Origin: Woeseiaceae bacterium
Lineage (GTDB): Bacteria > Pseudomonadota > Gammaproteobacteria > Steroidobacterales > Woeseiaceae
DNA: 64,000 nucleotides
Assembly (NCBI GenBank): GCA_030066075.1
Contig: JASJCH010000021.1
Location: forward strand, 1,710-65,709
Direction: 5' to 3'
Under the pieces are notes generated by a model, which saw nothing but the letters and a program-made list of their open reading frames with translations, searched no databases and was not told the DNA's origin. Positions 58,833-64,000 of this stretch are shown one piece after another. Numbering within the stretch: position 1 is the first letter of the stretch; each line of letters begins with the position of its first letter. A program made the translations under genes and the position numbers.

Positions 58833-59581
58833 GTGAAACGCCGGAGTCGGTCCTTGCCGACCTGCCGCAGTGGGCGAACGCGACGTTCAGCCCGCTGAAT
58901 GGCGGCCTCACAAACCACACCTGGCTCGTCGACACGGGTGAGCGCCAGGCCGTGCTCAAGATCGACGAGGCGCCGCGCTCTGAGCCCTTCAACGCCCGCC
59001 GTGCTGAGGCGCAAATTCAGACTCGAGCGGCGGAGCAGGGACTCGCCAACCGCGTGCTGCTGGCCACCGACACGGTTTACATGACCGAGTATGTCGAAGG
59101 TGTAGTCTGGTCGCTGGACTGCCTCGAGGTTGATGCCAACATTGAGCAGCTGGCCGGGGCCTTGCGTCGGCTGCACGCGCTGCCGCTGACGGGCAGGACG
59201 TTCGACGCGATTGGCGCGGCTCGTGATTACGCGCGCCGCATCAAAGGCGGCGACGAGGCGAAGGTCAGGGAATGCCTGCGGAAGATCGAAAACGGCCCGC
59301 GACCGCCCAACCTGTGCTGCTGCCACAACGACCTGGTTGTGGGCAATATCCTCAACACGCCCGAGACACGTTTCCTCGACTGGGAGTATGCCTGCGACAA
59401 CGATCCGTTCTTCGATCTCGCGACGATCGCCGCGCATCACGACATGAACGAACACCAGATCGAGACGTTGCTACACGCGTACTTCGATGGGAACGGCGAT
59501 CAGTGGCACGAACAATTGGCTCGTCAGTCGGAAGTGTATGAATCGTTGTTGTACCTGTGGGAGCAGGCACGGTCGTCGTAG
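58829..59581 (+). CDS. Thiamine-kinase-like phosphotransferase (choline/aminoglycoside kinase fold)
   Basis: GLTNHTWLV, catalytic loop CCHNDLVVGNIL, and FLDWEYA. Confidence 0.75.
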   Translation: MSETPESVLADLPQWANATFSPLNGGLTNHTWLVDTGERQAVLKIDEAPRSEPFNARRAEAQIQTRAAEQGLANRVLLATDTVYMTEYVEGVVWSLDCLEVDANIEQLAGALRRLHALPLTGRTFDAIGAARDYARRIKGGDEAKVRECLRKIENGPRPPNLCCCHNDLVVGNILNTPETRFLDWEYACDNDPFFDLATIAAHHDMNEHQIETLLHAYFDGNGDQWHEQLARQSEVYESLLYLWEQARSS

Positions 59582-59623
59582 GAGCGGCCCATGGCCGCGA
59601 TCGCGCCCATGGGGCGCTCCTAC
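59578..59623. repeat. Inverted pair of REP-like elements forming a 46-nt palindrome between convergent genes
   Basis: GTAGGAGCGGCCCATGGCCGCGAT / CGCGCCCATGGGGCGCTCCTAC. The right arm is the exact reverse complement of the first 22 nt (GTAGGAGCGCCCCATGGGCGCG) of the 23-mer at 34973 and 54912. It contains the TAG stops of both flanking genes (59579-59581 and 59620-59622). Confidence 0.85.
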
Positions 59624-60411
59624 CAGCTATTGCGCAGTTCCCGCAGTTTCAAGAACACAGTCCGTTCATCCGGCGAGTCGCCGATTTCGGGAAACTGCTC
59701 CTGCAAGCGGGCGATCACAGACGGGCTGTCCAACCGGAAGAACGTGTTCATCTCTCGTTCCTGTGCCAGCGTCGTCACGAGCGCATTGGCCGGGTCCTGG
59801 TTCTCGTACGTCGCCAGCATCTGTTGCGCGACCGCATTGTCGGGTTCGCGGTCGAGCGTGAACTGCAGGTTGTTGATCAAGTAGTCGTGGCCCGGGTAGA
59901 TCAGCGTTTCCTCGGGCAGTCTTTCGAGCTGGTTGGCAAACGTCTCGTACAGTTCGTTCGGGTGGCCACCGTTGTGACAGTTGCCGGCACCCGCATTGAA
60001 CAGCGTGTCACCGCTGAACAGGGCGGGCTGATCCGTCTTCGACAGCAGGCAGATGTGGCTCATCGTGTGGCCGGGCGTGTCGAGGCACTCGAGGTCCACG
60101 GTCTTGCCCACCTTGATGACATCGCCGGCGCCAACGCCGCGGTCCATGTTCGGAATCCGACTCTTGGCGTTGGCGTGTGCGATGATTTTCGCCCCTGTCG
60201 CCTTGACCATGCCCTTGTTGCCGCCCGTGTGGTCGCCGTGTTCGTGGGTGTTCAGGATCTGGGTAATCGTCCAGCCGTGCCGCTCGGCGGCGGCCAGGCA
60301 CTTGCCGTACTCGAGCGGATCAATGGCTAGCGCATCGCCGGTCTCGGGACACGCAATCAGGTAGTTGAAGTTGCGGTACGCGTTTCCGGTCCAGACCTGC
60401 TCGACGATCAT
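59620..60411 (-). CDS. gloB: Hydroxyacylglutathione hydrolase (glyoxalase II), MBL fold
   Basis: NYLIACPETGDALAIDP and the metal site THEHGDHTGGN... then TPGHTMSHI, and a C-terminal substrate-binding helix region. Confidence 0.85.
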   Translation of the reverse strand: MIVEQVWTGNAYRNFNYLIACPETGDALAIDPLEYGKCLAAAERHGWTITQILNTHEHGDHTGGNKGMVKATGAKIIAHANAKSRIPNMDRGVGAGDVIKVGKTVDLECLDTPGHTMSHICLLSKTDQPALFSGDTLFNAGAGNCHNGGHPNELYETFANQLERLPEETLIYPGHDYLINNLQFTLDREPDNAVAQQMLATYENQDPANALVTTLAQEREMNTFFRLDSPSVIARLQEQFPEIGDSPDERTVFLKLRELRNSW

Positions 60412-62048
60412 TGCGCGTCCTCGGCCGAATAGACCTTCTTACCGGCCACCCAGGTCTCGAGTGTCTCGATATCATCGATCTCCGATTGCGGTACCTCGAA
60501 GTAGTTGCGGTCGATGATGATGAAGTCGGCCCACTTACCGGGCTCGAGGCTGCCCAGGTATTCCTCCTGGTGCGCGGCGTAGGCATTCGCCAGCGTAAAC
60601 GAGTGCAGGGTCTCGCCGCGGGTCAGCGCCTGGTCGGCGTACCAGCCGCCCTCGGGCAGGCCCTCGCGGCTCTGCCGTGTTACCGACGCGTAGAGGCCGT
60701 GCCAGGGATTGGCGAGTTCCACCGGGAAATCGGAGCCGTTGGCGATCACGACGCCTGCGTCCAGCATTCGCCGCCACGCGTAGCCGCCCTTGATGCGATC
60801 CGGACCGACGCGAGCCTCGGCCATGTTCATGTCCGACGTCGCATGGGTTGCCTGCATCGCAGCAATGACGCCCAGTTCCTGGAAGCGCGGGATGTCATCC
60901 AGCGTAACGATCTGGGCGTGCTCGATGCGATTTCTAAGCGGCGACGGCTTGTTGCCCTGTATCGCCTCGAAGGTGTCGAGACACTGGCGGTTGCCGTAGT
61001 CGCCAATCGCGTGAATGGCCACCTGGAAGCCCATGTAATTGGCCTTGTGGGCCTGGCCGGTCAACTCTTCCAGCGTGTAGAAAGGCAGCCCGCGATTCTC
61101 CGGGTCGTCAGAGTAGGGTTCGATCATCGCGGCGCCGCGGCTACCGAGCGCGCCATCCGAATAGATTTTGACTGCACGGATGTCGAGCCGGTCCTGCGCA
61201 TAGCGCTTGAGCGGCTTGCCCATCTTGTCGAGGTTCTCGCCGGCGCCCCGAAGCATCGCGTAAACGCGCATGCCGAGCTCACCGTCGTCGGCCATCGAGA
61301 TCAACACTTCGGCCTCGTCGATATTGATCCCGGCATCGTGCATGCCGGTCATGCCGTAAGGCAGGAGGCCGGCGATCGCGGCACGGTAGATCTCGCGGAT
61401 CTCGTCCTTGTCGGGCGAGGGGATCTTCTCGCCTACGAGGCCCATGGCCTTGTCGATGAGCACACCGGTCGCCTTGCCGTTGTCGTCGCGGATGATCTTG
61501 CCGCCGATGGGGTCTGGCGTGTCGTCGGTGATGCCGGCGATCTCCAGCGCATTGCTGTTGGCCCAGCCGGCGTGGCCGTCCACGCGCCGCAGCCAGACCG
61601 GGCGGTCGGCGACCACGGCGTCGATGTCGGCGGCGGTCGGGAATTCCTGGACAGGCCAGATGACCTGGTTCCAGCCGCGGCCCTGTATCCAGGCTGCATG
61701 TGGATTGGATTTCGCATACGCGCCGATCTTCTCGACTGCGTCCTCCACTGACGGCGTGCCGAAGAGGTCCAGGCTGCGCTGCAGGAAGCCGTAGCCCGAC
61801 AGGTGGGCGTGGCCGTCCGTGAGCCCGGGCAGGAGCGTGCGCCCTTTGCCGTCAATACGTATGGCATCCGGGTGCTCGTTGAGTAATGATTCGTCCCCTG
61901 TCGCAACGACCCTACCCTTGTCCGAGAACATCAGGACGGTGAACTCCTGGATACCCGAGTTGGTCGATGTATACCCAGAAACGTTATGAATGGCGGTTTC
62001 GCCGGCCCACGCCGAGCCGGCAAGTAGCATTAGAACCAGAAATCTCAT
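60408..62048 (-). CDS. Exported amidohydrolase family (TIM-barrel metal-dependent hydrolase) protein
   Basis: Signal peptide MRFLVLMLLAGSAWA; LPGLTDGHAHL; AIHAIGD. ATGA overlap with gloB. The N-terminal 283 codons of ORF 60408..62897 are antisense to the M16 gene and are rejected. Confidence 0.8.
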   Translation of the reverse strand: MRFLVLMLLAGSAWAGETAIHNVSGYTSTNSGIQEFTVLMFSDKGRVVATGDESLLNEHPDAIRIDGKGRTLLPGLTDGHAHLSGYGFLQRSLDLFGTPSVEDAVEKIGAYAKSNPHAAWIQGRGWNQVIWPVQEFPTAADIDAVVADRPVWLRRVDGHAGWANSNALEIAGITDDTPDPIGGKIIRDDNGKATGVLIDKAMGLVGEKIPSPDKDEIREIYRAAIAGLLPYGMTGMHDAGINIDEAEVLISMADDGELGMRVYAMLRGAGENLDKMGKPLKRYAQDRLDIRAVKIYSDGALGSRGAAMIEPYSDDPENRGLPFYTLEELTGQAHKANYMGFQVAIHAIGDYGNRQCLDTFEAIQGNKPSPLRNRIEHAQIVTLDDIPRFQELGVIAAMQATHATSDMNMAEARVGPDRIKGGYAWRRMLDAGVVIANGSDFPVELANPWHGLYASVTRQSREGLPEGGWYADQALTRGETLHSFTLANAYAAHQEEYLGSLEPGKWADFIIIDRNYFEVPQSEIDDIETLETWVAGKKVYSAEDAQ

Positions 62049-62078
62049 CGCCGCATTGTAATCAGATCGGAGCATAGG

Positions 62079-64000
<1,922 letters not shown>

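Overview
GC-rich, very densely packed chromosomal segment that looks proteobacterial, most likely gammaproteobacterial (taxon is inference). I found no rRNA, tRNA, CRISPR, IS element, integrase or prophage signature. About 56 genes are supportable, mostly core metabolism and cell-envelope functions. Metabolism: ilvI/ilvH, proBA, glpD, a partial leucine/isovalerate (liu-like) set, a fused isobutyryl-CoA mutase (IcmF) with valine-catabolic genes, gloB and glnB. Envelope: three TonB-dependent receptors, a PlpD-like patatin autotransporter, MscS, a LemA/M48 pair and an MFS-acyltransferase fusion. Four things deserve a second look. (1) A ~1340-aa protein (15.5-19.5 kb) joins an N-terminal P-loop ATPase, one membrane helix, and a predicted periplasmic proprotein-convertase-type P-domain plus WD40-like repeats. 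(2) A 10-gene co-directional operon (28.1-37.7 kb) encodes one TolQ/ExbB, two TolR/ExbD, a TonB-like protein with an AgmX/PglI-type C-terminus, four TPR/coiled-coil envelope proteins, two small exported unknowns and a TlpA-type thioredoxin. Its gene content resembles the Agl/Glt core machinery more than a classical TonB system. (3) A textbook TPP riboswitch precedes a TonB-dependent receptor, a YkoF-like protein, a PnuT-like transporter and a kinase, forming a thiamine-scavenging operon. (4) A short REP-like palindromic element (GTAGGAGCGCCCCATGGGCGCGA) recurs at gene ends and supplies stop codons. The ORF track omits one open-ended gene (an M16 peptidase from 62079 to the window end). Several listed ORFs are over-extended at the 5' end or are antisense shadow ORFs. 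All family assignments come from reading motifs by eye; no searches were run.
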